NCBI RefSeq assembly: GCF_004010195.1
Contig: NC_057719.1
Coordinates: 46,356,137 to 46,420,136 of the forward strand
Direction: 5' to 3'
DNA length: 64,000 nt
Source: Chiloscyllium plagiosum
Taxonomy: Eukaryota
Part shown: positions 63,815-64,000 of the stretch, piece by piece
Layout of the letters: the number at the start of each line of letters is the position of its first letter
Numbering within the stretch: position 1 is the stretch's first letter
Position numbers and translations under genes: made by a program
The notes under the pieces: model-generated
What the model saw: the letters and a program-made list of their open reading frames with translations, nothing else
Told to the model about the DNA's origin: nothing
Database searches by the model: none

Positions 63815-64000
63815 ATTTATTCATTTCGGGTTTTAAAACATTAGTTCACGAGTTGCAGGCATTGCTAGCTGGCCCAGCATTTATCACCCATTCATAGTTG
63901 CCTTTGAGAAGCTAGTGGGAAGCTACCTTTTGGAATGCTGCAGTCCATTTGCTGCAGGTAGACCCACAATGGTGTAAGGGAGTAAGTTCCATGATTTTGA
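63815..64000 (-). mobile_element. 3' end of the second CR1-clade family, running off the window
   Basis: gctggcccagcatttatcaccca...tgagaag is the reverse complement of the tails at 3300-3345 and 25680-25730. Confidence 0.7.

Noticed and set aside
1..64000. CRISPR array, operon or prokaryotic defence system
   Set aside because: No regularly spaced repeats and no gene-dense coding; the sequence is vertebrate repeat-rich DNA.

Overview
Eukaryotic, repeat-rich, non-coding DNA. The repeat content (HE1-type V-SINEs, HER1/CR1 LINEs, a Deu-core SacSINE1-like SINE) points to a cartilaginous fish, probably a shark; this is an inference from recalled family sequences, not a database result. No host protein-coding gene can be supported: every ORF-track entry I can recognise is a decayed transposon protein. 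The window holds a 500-N scaffold gap, many CR1, Rex-Babar, L2 and Tx1 LINE fragments, a decayed Mag-type Gypsy element (about 17.8-25.35 kb, minus strand) carrying five nested insertions, Tigger/pogo MITEs, a Harbinger transposase fossil, and repeat-free blocks that look like conserved non-coding elements. The most interesting signal is a set of about a dozen minimal type-I hammerhead-ribozyme motifs (CUGAnGA-stem II-GAAA-CG/GC-UH), most of them decayed, in four different Penelope-like pLTR families. Most copies are flanked by 7-14 bp target-site duplications (TSDs). Four have an inverted arm that stops 32-36 nt short of the element's 3' end, and several very short insertions begin right at the ribozyme core. 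Repeat boundaries were read by eye and are approximate unless a TSD is quoted.
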